Shown one piece after another: positions 40,881 to 51,100 of a stretch of DNA of 64,000 nucleotides. The notes beneath the pieces are model-generated. The model saw only the letters and a program-made list of their open reading frames with translations. It had not been told where the DNA came from and searched no databases. The position numbers were made by a program, and so were the translations under genes. Position 1 is the stretch's first letter, and each line of letters begins with the position of its first letter. Source of the stretch: Trypanosoma brucei (taxonomy: Eukaryota); assembly GCA_000002445.1 (NCBI GenBank), contig CM000207.1, positions 1,312,001-1,376,000 on the forward strand. Direction: 5' to 3'.

Positions 40881-41390
40881 CTAAGAATCATTCCTCTGAT
40901 ATCTGGGACTTTCTCGGAGTCTCCGAGCCGCCTCCACCATCCCTGAAGATATTTCACTTTGCTCCAGCCGTGCGCGTCGCTCCTCACGCGTGAGATCTGA
41001 TGTGAGCTTCCCATCAGCATTCACCATAATCCCTGACACCTCGTCACGGTACGAGTAACCTTTGGGACCATCATACACCGCTTCTGGTGCATTGGGAACA
41101 TACTCTGGCGCGAACTCCCGTTTGTAGTACCGCTGGCGATTGAGCTCAATATTATCTAATATATCGTTGCTTCGGCTTGTTTCGCCCATTCGACCAAACA
41201 TCACGGCAGTGCAGGCAGCCACGATGATTGTACCACGCCATTTTATCCACACAGAACGGAACGGTCCATCCTCACCGTAGCGAGAGAGCAAACTGGCATC
41301 TTCGATACCCATCCACCAGGCCTTGAGCCGCGTGAACGGACTAATGAAGCGCCGTCGCCTACCCACTTGCCAGAACCTCAGCACTGACAT
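40881..41390 (-). CDS. Small mitochondrial-type membrane protein (~169 aa): R-rich presequence plus one TM helix; hypothetical
   Basis: The track ORF extends to 41678, but its first 96 codons are poly-F/L translations of a T-rich tract. ATG at 41390-41388 gives MSVLRFWQVGRRRRFISPFTRLKAWW (amphipathic, presequence-like), then the TM segment WRGTIIVAACTAVMFGRM. Confidence 0.4.
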   Translation of the reverse strand: MSVLRFWQVGRRRRFISPFTRLKAWWMGIEDASLLSRYGEDGPFRSVWIKWRGTIIVAACTAVMFGRMGETSRSNDILDNIELNRQRYYKREFAPEYVPNAPEAVYDGPKGYSYRDEVSGIMVNADGKLTSDLTREERRARLEQSEISSGMVEAARRLRESPRYQRNDS

Positions 41391-42052
41391 GGGACTTCTT
41401 TTGCATAGCGCCCGCAAAGAGTTAGAGGAGGGGAAAAAGGGAAGTGCAGTACATCTGTAGCACCGGATGCCACTGGAAGGTACAGAGAAGGTAAGGACCT
41501 TCCGAGAGGTTTCGGTGCCGCGGCACGGAATCAACTTCACGGCCCAAAATTTCCGTTTGCAAATGAAGCCTCCAAACAACAACAAAGATGAGAAAGGGCC
41601 ACATAGTAACCAGTTAGACACCGACACATCCAACCCCCTCCCTGAAAAAAAGAAAAAAACATTGCAACCAGCACGCATTTAAAGGAAAGGAAAAAAGCAA
41701 AGGAAAAACATTGAGATGAAGACGCATCTCGCATTTCCCGCTCACGTTAAATACACAAACATTTCCCTTTTCCTCCACCGTTATTCCGTTCGCGTTTACA
41801 TATTCAATTACATTTTCTTCCATATTATTCTCTGTACAGCTGAGGGGTGGAGAAAGGAAGCACACACACACCCCCGCAGTCTCTACTAATTAGTTGGTGT
41901 AAAGTGAAAGATAACAACACTGGTGATAATTATGGGGGTCACTCCTGTCAATAGATGCGCCACCTTCTCATACAGGTATCGTGTTTCCAGCTCCTAAACT
42001 TTTTTTAAAAAAAACCTGTACCCTTTCCACACGCATCGAAGCAACCATTGGC

Positions 42053-43105
42053 TTAAAGCTTGCTCCTCTCCCTTTGGACTCCACCACGATCATTGTACTT
42101 TTGTTTGAAAGACATACACAGCTCCACTTCACGCCTGCTACCCATAAAAACGGGAGCACGCTGGTGAATTTCCTTCGGAACGACATCAAGCAACCGCCCG
42201 TCGCCCGTCAACGCCAAGCCACCTGCTTGTTCAATAAGGAACGCCATGGGTGCAGCCTCATACATGAGCCGTAACTTCCCTCCTGGTTTCTTCTTATCCC
42301 CCGGGTAGCAGAAGATCCCGCCATATAACAGGGTCCGGTGGATGTCCGCAACCATAGAACCAATATAGCGAGCGGTGTACGCCTTTTCTCCTTCGTTTTT
42401 GATATGATGCAAATATTGCTTGAACCACGCGTCCCAGTGACGGAGGTTACCTTCGTTCACACTGTAAATGGGTCGTGATTGTGGAAGTGTGATGTTTGGA
42501 TGGGTGTGGATGAACTCACCAACAGTCGTGTCAAGCGTAAAGCCGTTTACACCACTGCCAGTGGTAATAACAAGGTTGGTAGCGGTACCGTACATGGCAT
42601 AACCTGAGGAAACGAGGTATCTTCCTGAGAGGCGCGGGAGCACCTTAAGAGCGTCTTTTGTAGTTCGCACTTTCGTTCCCTTCGGTAGGCACCAGATGCC
42701 CCACACTGAGCCAATAGATATGTTTGCGTCGATATTACTGCTGCCGTCCAGAGGGTCAAAGAATACAACGTAGTCGCCCTGCTGTCCGGAACTGACTACC
42801 ACAATTGACTCGTCCTCCTCACTCCCCATGAAAGACACGCTGGCAGAGGACATCAGGTAAGCCTTGAAGGCGTTATTTGCAACCACGTCTAACTTCGCCT
42901 GCTCGTCACCCGTGGCGTTGGCCCGTCCATCATTAAGATGACCAAAGAGACCTTGCGCACCTGCGCTGCGGATGTTCATCTCAATCACTTTTACGGACGT
43001 TTGAATCGCCATCATGAGTAATGTGAACGCCCCACGGCTGCCCTTTGGTTGGTTATGCATTAAGAACTGCATCAACGTGGAGGGGACGCGGCTGTAGTCA
43101 GGCAT
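42053..43105 (-). CDS. FBP: Fructose-1,6-bisphosphatase, glycosomal (C-terminal PTS1 tripeptide SKL)
   Basis: FBPase core ...TGDEQAKLDVVANNAFKAYL...VVFFDPLDGSSNIDANISIGSVWGIW... with metal-binding DPLDGSSN, and the GRLLDV/ APVFMGS C-terminal region. It ends ...RERSKL-stop. The track ORF starts at 43252 inside a T-rich tract (FFFFFLRLFF). The first sensible ATG is at 43105-43103 (MPDYSRVPSTLMQF). Confidence 0.9.
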   Translation of the reverse strand: MPDYSRVPSTLMQFLMHNQPKGSRGAFTLLMMAIQTSVKVIEMNIRSAGAQGLFGHLNDGRANATGDEQAKLDVVANNAFKAYLMSSASVSFMGSEEDESIVVVSSGQQGDYVVFFDPLDGSSNIDANISIGSVWGIWCLPKGTKVRTTKDALKVLPRLSGRYLVSSGYAMYGTATNLVITTGSGVNGFTLDTTVGEFIHTHPNITLPQSRPIYSVNEGNLRHWDAWFKQYLHHIKNEGEKAYTARYIGSMVADIHRTLLYGGIFCYPGDKKKPGGKLRLMYEAAPMAFLIEQAGGLALTGDGRLLDVVPKEIHQRAPVFMGSRREVELCMSFKQKYNDRGGVQRERSKL

Positions 43106-43129
43106 TGCAAATCTGGGAAGAGTGGTGTC

Positions 43130-43200
43130 GTTAATGAAATTGAAAAACAGTCGCAAAAAAAAAAAGAAAAAGCGTATGCGTATGCGTATGCGTAGCTTAA
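43130..43200 (-). promoter_or_regulatory. Putative polypyrimidine tract plus AG trans-splice acceptor region upstream of the FBPase gene
   Basis: The minus strand reads CGCTTTTTCTTTTTTTTTTTGCGACTGTTTTTCAATTTC ... CCCAG|ATTTGCAATGCC, a T-rich tract followed by AG about 10 nt before the ATG at 43105. In kinetoplastids such tracts direct spliced-leader addition; this rests on family knowledge and is not verified experimentally. Confidence 0.45.
43172..43195. repeat. (GCGTAT)4 hexanucleotide repeat
   Basis: gcgtatgcgtatgcgtatgcgtag read directly, just upstream of the FBPase polypyrimidine tract. Confidence 0.9.
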
Positions 43201-43572
43201 AAATTACATCCATTTGTTTTCGCGCCAACGCATACGGGTTCGTGGTGACCAAAACAAGAAGTCGTTGAAGATACGGTTTTCAAGGAAAGAAAGAGATGGG
43301 AGGAAAAGAAAAAAGTTAGTACACAAACACATGCACGCGAACGCACAAAAGGAGCGGCAAGGGCAGATACACAAACGCACAGATGAAAAGGAAGAGAACG
43401 AAAAATAAGATCGAGTGATGGGAAGGACTGCTATCGAAGCAGCGAACAGGGGAAGGAGGTATCGAGAAGTGGAGGGATTAATAATAACAACGAAAATATT
43501 CGTACAGCTGCTTACAAACATAAACCCAACACCTCCTTCGAGGCTTCGGGTTCCCCTTTACTTTTTTGTTTT

Positions 43573-43630
43573 AATATATATATAAATATATATAAAGTAA
43601 TACATATGCATATATATATATATATATATG
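43573..43630. repeat. AT-rich (TA)n microsatellite cluster
   Basis: aatatatatataaatatatataaagtaatacatatgcatatatatatatatatatg read directly. Confidence 0.85.
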
Positions 43631-45671
43631 CACAACGCTGCCGGCATCTTTCAGGGGTTGGAAGGTAGAAGGAGGGAAGGGACAAAGAAAAACAGTAAGA
43701 ACAATCCCCCTTTCAAAAAAAAAAACACAAATAAAAGAAAGAAAGAAAGGAGGGTGAAGAAAAAAAAATTACAACAAAGTGCGCGAACGAACCAAGTGTC
43801 ACATTTCACCCTCGTTCATCAGTTACAGCCCCTCCTCCTTCTCCTTCTTCACATAACATCTTGCCACTCTCGTGCGCCCGCAACTTTTCAGTGGTCCACA
43901 GAATAAACGGCAAATCAGAACAAGAAGAAAAATAAATGAGAAGAAAAAAAAAAAGTAGGAATGCAGAAAGTACGACAACAGGTTTTGGAAATAAGGAACA
44001 ACCCAGCGGCCAGCGACAGTGAGTCACTCAAGTATTCGTAAGGGCCCACTCACCACGCAAACGAAACCCACAAGCCTCGTGCAGATTTACCACAAGCAAA
44101 CACCCCTCACTTTTCTCCCAAAAGGGCACCGCCGCTTATATCTCCCTGCACTTCACTGAACATCCTCTTGCGGATAATCATATTTATTACTTCTCTCACA
44201 TTCTGCTTTTTTTTTTTTTTTAAGCTTCCTTTCTCTTATCCTTCCTCTTTTTTCCCCCTTCTGTTTTTATTAGTGTTGATGACAAGAGCAACAATGATGT
44301 GGCGTGTCCGCATGATGCCCTTCTCCCTTCTCCCTGACACTCAACTCTCGGGTCAAAGGGGCGGAAATTGAGCCCCATTATTTCCCTATTTCATGGTATG
44401 AAATTACCCGACTGAACCGTCCCCACATTCCACCCATCCTCTGAAAGTTGGGTCGGAGGAAAGGAGGGATCACAACAAAAAACACAACAAAAATAAAGAA
44501 ATCAAAAGAGTGTCTGGAAGAGCGATTAAGAAGAGAAGTGCTTGTTCCTGACATACGCACACACACACACACACACGGTAAGTACATTTTGTTTTTTTTT
44601 CCTCTCGCTTTGCATTTCCCTACCCATCTATAAACATAAAAATAATAAATATGAACTCTTACCCTGTCATTCTTGAATTCACACACGCTTCGCCTCCTTT
44701 TCCTCATCCCTTCCTTCCTTTTACCTATAGCCCCTACACGATAGTCCTTCTCATACCACTGTTGCGTCTCTCATATTCTTTGTGTTATGAACCACGTACC
44801 GCTCTCATTTCATATATATTGTTGATTCACTCCATTTGTCTGTTTATTTATTTGTCTGTTTTTCTTTTTTTTTCTTTTGTCTTTTCCTTCTTACTTTGCT
44901 CAAACACATTCCGCACACTACAACATGTTGCCGTGTACTGACAGTTTTGCCTTGGTTCCCGAAATGTTCTCCCACAGTTTGCTTGTTTTCGTTTTTGCTT
45001 TCTTTCTTTTCTTTTATATGAAATTTCTCCACTGCTCGCCTTTCCCCTCTCCCCACACACAGACACACAGACACACACATTGAGTTTCACCTCCTTTTCT
45101 TCTCTCTTTTTTTTTTCTCTCTGATTCCTTCTCTTTTCATTGTTTCACCGGCACGCGGAGGGTCGCAACGCAGCCAGGAGGGAGAAAAGCCAAAGCAAAT
45201 GAAGCCAAAGTATGAAAAGAAGGAAGAGAGGGAGGGAGAGAAGAAATGAGAAGTGGGTGAAGGGAAACAACAAAACAAAAACAAAAGATGGAAAGAGAGC
45301 TCGAATGGAGTAACGCGCGGATCCGGACATGAGAAGAGCTTTGAGTGACAAAAGGGTAGAAAGAGAGAAGGGAAAAGAGAAAAAATGAAGAACCGAAAGA
45401 AAAAAAAAATAAAACAAAGAGAAAGCAGTACGGTACTAGATTTCACACTTATGTGATATTCGTTTTGGCTTCTCTCATTTTCTTTTTTTTCTTTTTTACC
45501 TTTAATTATTTTTTACTTATTATAATAATTATTTTTTGTGTGATTCGTCCCAACGCGCTTCTCCATCCCCGCACCTCTTCCCTCCCTTCTACACACACCC
45601 CACCTCTCTCCCTCTTTCTCTCGTCTCAACACATCGCAACTCCGTTAGATACATGTATTCCTCCATACCAT

Positions 45672-45748
45672 ACATATATATATATATATATACGTATATA
45701 TGTAAATAAATATATATATATATATATATTATTATTATTATTATTTTT
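45672..45748. repeat. (TA)n plus (TTA)5 compound microsatellite
   Basis: catatatatatatatatatacgtatatatgtaaataaatatatatatatatatatattattattattattatt read directly. A further (TA)10 is at 45909-45929. Confidence 0.9.
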
Positions 45749-46368
45749 ATGTATGTTGATTCGCTTACTTGTCTTTCTCCTTTTTCTGACAGTCTTTTTT
45801 TTCATTTTGATTTCTACCTATTCTTATTTGGCGTTCTTCTTTGTTGTTGTTGTTGTTTTTTTTTTCAACGATTCATATCGCATCGCGTTACATTAATAGT
45901 TCTTCTCCTATATATATATATATATATATTCGTCTCTCCTTTTTCCGAGTCGCTTCCTTTGATTATAAGAGTAAATCTACCGCTCTTTCATATATCTCAC
46001 AGCATCTTTTTTACTTCATCTCTCCTGACTCACTTTTAACCATATTTTTTTTATTTTTTTTTCGCACTTATTTTTTTGTTTTCTCACATTTTTAAATTTG
46101 GGATTCTTCTCTCACTTAATCTTATATAAGTCTTCATTAATTCATTACTCTGTTCCGTCCTCCTTTTCTCCCTCGATAGACTTTGTTTTCTGTTGGTCTC
46201 TATTTCTCCCGTCCCCTTGTATCACATTTCATTTTCTTCTCTCTGCCTTCACTTCTCGTTCTTCCCTTACTGTTTTACCCTCCATCAGATTCTTTTATAT
46301 TCGTACACTCGCTCACTTCCGTCTACTTCCGCTTTACACCAGTCTCGCTCGTACGTACATTGGTAAGT

Positions 46369-47352
46369 TTAACTCCACTGCTGTGTAATGCCAGGATACA
46401 CGTTTCCTTGCATTTGCTGTTGTTGGGGCGGCGGCGGCGGCTGTTGCTGCGGCTGCTGCTGCTGCTGCTGCTGTGGGGGCTGAGGCGGTTGTGGCTGCGG
46501 GGGCTGTGGCACGCCGTCCTCGTTCACCACTAACGATATGGCGGGGTTGCTCGTCTTGATGTTATCCATCCGCGAGAACTGAATATCAAGAGTAAAGGTC
46601 ACCGTCTCACCGATGGTCACCGGTTGGCCTTGCAGGATGTTCTTTACGTTCTCCGCAGTCGCCTTACTGTCAAACTGCACCAACGCCTGCACGCGGTTGT
46701 GGTTACGCTGGCTGGACTCGTTCTTGGGTAGGACGACAATTTTCTGCACGGCACCATAGTTGCAGAAGATCTGATAAACAATCATGGGGGTGATAGACGT
46801 GGCAGCAGAGACATCGTATTGGGTATTGAACATAGACACCAGCAGCGTTTTGCTTGTGTGCTGCGTGGCGGTGAGCTCCTGGTGATTGCTGTACCGAATG
46901 TATACACGGCGGCCGTCAATCTCAGCGTACCCGGCCTCTCGGAAAAAATCTACCAGTTGCTGAGCGCTCTTGGTGGATTCCATCTCTACGAGCGCCTGGT
47001 TCATCTGCCGAAGCATCACAATGTGCTTGATATTTCCAAAATTCTGCACAAGGTTTTGTATGCTCAACTGAGTCACGTTGGGCGTTATATTACGCATATG
47101 AATGACACGGCTCACCTCCCCTATTTCGTTATTGCGAGTCCGCGGCGGGCGTTGCACCATCTGACGACCGATCTGTAGCTGCTGTGGTTGCTTTTGAGCG
47201 TCAAAACCACCCCTGCCTTGGCCAGGGTTACCGTAGTTCTGCATCATTCCAGGGTTCCCATGCTGGGACACCTGAGGCGGCATCATGTTCTGATAGGGCA
47301 TCATATTAGGAGCGCCGTACAGACTGTTTTGAGTAAAAGGTTGGCTGTACAT
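46369..47352 (-). CDS. DRBD3: PTB/hnRNP-L-type RRM RNA-binding protein (DRBD3/PTB1-like), with Q/P-rich N- and C-termini
   Basis: SRVIHMRNITPNVTQLSIQNLVQNFGNIKHIVMLRQMNQALVEMESTKSAQQLVDFF...RVYIRYSNHQEL closely parallels PTB RRM1 (VLHLRNLP...KNQAFLEMNTEEAA...PIYIQFSNHKEL). A second RRM-like block follows. The C-terminus PQPPQPQPPQPPQQQQQQQ is encoded by (CAG/CCG)n. ATG confirmed at 47352-47350. Gene-symbol assignment is from memory of T. brucei DRBD3 architecture and is not verified. Confidence 0.75.
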   Translation of the reverse strand: MYSQPFTQNSLYGAPNMMPYQNMMPPQVSQHGNPGMMQNYGNPGQGRGGFDAQKQPQQLQIGRQMVQRPPRTRNNEIGEVSRVIHMRNITPNVTQLSIQNLVQNFGNIKHIVMLRQMNQALVEMESTKSAQQLVDFFREAGYAEIDGRRVYIRYSNHQELTATQHTSKTLLVSMFNTQYDVSAATSITPMIVYQIFCNYGAVQKIVVLPKNESSQRNHNRVQALVQFDSKATAENVKNILQGQPVTIGETVTFTLDIQFSRMDNIKTSNPAISLVVNEDGVPQPPQPQPPQPPQQQQQQQPQQQPPPPPQQQQMQGNVYPGITQQWS

Positions 47353-48160
47353 TTGACCCCCTTTAAATCCTTATGAAACACAACTGCTAACCTGTTGAAA
47401 ATAATTGTAACGATGGAGAACAAGAGCAGGGTGATCAAAAGACCAACACAATGGCACAATGTTTGCAGTCAGGGAACGGGTCAGGAAGCAAAAGTTCAGC
47501 ACCCCTTTTCCCTTCACGCTGTTCGGTGCTACGGGACCTTGTGATGATATATGTGAGAAACAAGTTGCCAAACCCCGATTGCTCTGTACATCAGGGTCAA
47601 TGGTTGCCGCCTTGTCAAAGCTTAATACGACAATACCCCCATGACTGAAAGAGTTAATAAACAAGGTAAGAAAACAAATAAGAAGTGTCATATTGTCATA
47701 ATTTCTTCTGCTAATTTTTACACACTCTTTATAACCCCTTCCCTGCCCACGACTCGTGACGTTCACCTCATCCTCCAACAGGACTGCTACGGCAGTGCAA
47801 GGTCCAGGATGAATGAAAATGAGCCGAGTAACAAAAGAGAAGGAAAAAACGAGGAAACCAACAAAGTGAAAAACAAGTTGGAAGGGAGCATAGCGCTTGT
47901 TTGGCAAACCAACAACGTTCAGATGCCCCTCCTGGACGAATAAAGGGAGTGGGGAGTGAAAGGCTTCAGCAAGAGAGCTCTCTCCAGTCCCCCATATTTT
48001 CCATCAAAAATGGAAAACAACAAAATATGTGTAACAACGGTAAACACAAACGTTAGCGTCAAAGTAGTGGTCGTCGCTTAACTGTAAAAACAAGTATGTA
48101 TGGACGCACGCACGCAAGCACACGTTTTAGATGCAGTGTAGTATATTTATCTATGGTTAT

Positions 48161-51100
48161 CTATGAAAGAGCTTTTTGAAGCTCCGCCAGGCGCTTCGAC
48201 GTGTGTAGGGCCAGGGTATCAAGCCGCTCGCGCTCCCTGCGAGAGTAACGGGCATTTGCGCCGCCAGCTTTCAACATATGCCCTGAGGAAGCTGGCGCGG
48301 GACCCGTCCCAAGCCAGGGGGGTCGGTTGGTGGGAGTGATCGTTCGCTTGGCAGACGCAGTGCGGCGATTTGGTGTCTTCTTGGCCGCAGTTACTGCAGC
48401 GTACATGTTGAACCTCTCTGGAACGGGTTTGTTGGTTGGTCGCCCACTTGCGATCCCCACACGTCTCTTGGCTGGACTAACGGACTTTGATTTTGGTTTT
48501 TCTGAGGGTCGAGAGGGCGCCGAGCCGTACAACTGTGACAAGTCGGCCACTACGCTAGGGACCGTAGAACTTTTCCTCGGTTGGCACTGAAGGAGGCAAG
48601 AATCTAATGCCAGTAAGGGTGTAGCCACAGTGTGAGAAACTGCACCGGCCCTCTTGTGCTCATGCCACGTCGGCACGTCTGAAGGGTACACCTCGCGGGT
48701 CGGCACCACGGTTACGAACGAAACGGGGGACCCGGAGACGGCCAGTGGCGACGCACTGGGCGCTAGATCACTTCCTGCTTGCGCGTCGAATGTGTATTCA
48801 GCGGTCTGTTGATATTGCTTTTGTGGACTTGGCCGCGTCACCAGTGATCCCCTCTGTTGGCCCGAGCCCAACCACTCAGCCTCTGTAGTGGTTTCGTTCG
48901 TGAACCGGAACCGCGTAGGGGAAGGCGACCCCGATGTCGTTCCATTTACCTCATCAGTTATGTAGCCCTCGGCAGTTGACGAAGCATTCGTACACACACT
49001 TGGCTGCTCTCGACAGGCTGGTTGCTCGTCATTCCGCTGCGTACTTTCTATTCTCCAGAAGGATGGCGCGTTCAAGGTAATCAGCTGCTGCTCAAGAGCC
49101 GCCGTTCGGCTTCGCGCTACATCTAGCATTGCAGATCCCTCAACAGCGGACGCGTGGGCAAACTGCAGCGATGACTGCTTCTGAAGTAGAGTGCGCGACT
49201 GTTGGATAGCTCGCTCCATATCCTCAGCAGTGGTGTTTGCACGGAGCAACTCAGCGTTCATTTGATTCAGACTGGAAAAGGTAAGGTCCATAGTCTGCGT
49301 TGAAGGGATGCCACGTGACACTGGATATGTGCTGGGTGATACTGTGCCAATCGGCGCCGGAAACGATCTGGCCACAGAATCCTCATTTTCCTTTGCACCG
49401 GAGCTTGGGTCGGTTTGAATAATTGCGGGACTCTCCACCGCTCGTTTCTCTTGCGCAGAAACAGTATCGCTCTGCAGCGGCAAGGTAACCACTGGTGGTG
49501 GTGCAGGTTGCAATGGCATCGTATCATTCTCTACCTTCACGGGTTGCCCTACACACATAGCGGTGTAGCGCGGTGCTTGCACAACAGGTGCAGCAGCAGC
49601 AAGGCGCTGTGCCCGTGAATGGATGTCCAAAAGCTCCTGGTTCATTTCTAGGAGGCGATCCTTTTGCTGAATTGTATGGCGAAGAAGCTGGGCTTGCTCG
49701 ATTGCGCTCAGCCCCACCTGCGATCGTTCATCTGACGCAACCTCAGCCCTTGGGTAAGATGAGAACTCTTGAGGTTTAGACCGAACCGCTTCCATTAGAG
49801 CTTGGAAGTTGGTTGCCTGTATTTCTTCGTGTTTGACGAGCATCTCTCTCACGACATCTAAGATTTCGTTGTCGCGCTTAACTTCTGTACTTGGCATCCC
49901 CACTGGGACACACATTGCCCCGCCCGCTGTCGTAGATGGCGCTTGCCCAAGTGAGGAAGCGGGAGCTGACGGATGCATTGGTGTCGGAGCAGGAACACAT
50001 TCCGGGACCGCCATATTTGCGGTGACCGTCACAGGTACAGGGACCAATACCGCACCAGCGGAAGTTCCTAGGGCACCGGGGCCTCTCATCTTGATCTCGT
50101 CCACATAGCGGTTAAATGCAACCGCCTCTGATGGTGTGAGTATCGCCTGTTTCGAAACAGAAGTTGGCAATGGCGCCGGTGACGGAGCGACATCGCCAGT
50201 TCCCACAGGAGTAGTGCCTGCCAATCCCACCATCACCTCTTTTCCAGGTAAAGCGTTCGCTGAATCTGCAACGTTGTGAAGCGGAGGTGGCACCCCTGAA
50301 GAAGGAGCCGCCACCGTAGGGCCCTGGGTGGGTAGCTCCATGATCTGGCCGGTGGTAACTGCGCTTACTTTGGGCCCTTCAGCTGATTCAGTAGCAAAGA
50401 GAGTCGTTTCGGGGACCAACATTTCATCATCCATAATGCGCTTATCCTCGTGTTCCTGCGTGCAAGATGACACAACGCACTGTACCCGCTTTCCATTCAC
50501 TACAGAGGGTGAAGGAGACGCCGACACGGCCGTGGGTACGTGAAGAGTTAGGAGCGAAGGTGGTCTGACAAACACGTCGCTCGGCGGCACAGGCGGTGGC
50601 AACAAAGATTGTGGAGCCGCGAGGGAAGCTGAAGGTGCGCTGAACTGCGGCAGTCCGGCAAGACGTCTGGAGCTGCCAACATTGTCCAATGTTTGATCAC
50701 ACGCCGTGTTTATTTTCCCTAATGCAAATAAGGTCACATGGGGAACACGGGGTTTAGATCGAAGCGACAAGAGCTGTGGTAGCGCCCTAATCCGTGCATC
50801 TTCAAGATCCAAACGTCTTCCTGCAGTCTGTTTCGGGAAAGAGTCAGCCATACTTGATGGCAAGGGTGGCGGTTCAAGCGTACTTTCGAATTTCAGTAAT
50901 CGAATGGCCCGGCCCCCTTCGTCTGCCGAAGGATTTAATGGATACACTAATCGTTTCCGCGGTAACACTGCGTGATAAACCGAGGGTGACACGCCGCGTG
51001 ATCCACAAATATCACATGTCCTGTGTTTGGCACAGCGGTATCGCTGTCCAGAATGTCTTTTGCACCGATGATGTGAGTGACGAGTATTCAGTATGCTCCG

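Noticed and set aside
38309-43105. Interpreting SCO1, the CHCH protein, mitochondrial DnaJ and other organelle genes as a functional operon or gene cluster
   Set aside because: Kinetoplastid polycistrons are not functionally organised operons, and the organelle genes are interspersed with unrelated genes (RPL10, CLC channel, coiled-coil proteins). Co-location is not evidence of shared function here.
44168-46533. Cluster of small plus- and minus-strand ORFs with S/F/L/P-rich translations in the 44-46.5 kb region
   Set aside because: They are readings of long CT-rich or AG-rich tracts and microsatellites, with no start context, no motifs and no matching orientation. Treated as non-coding UTR/spacer.
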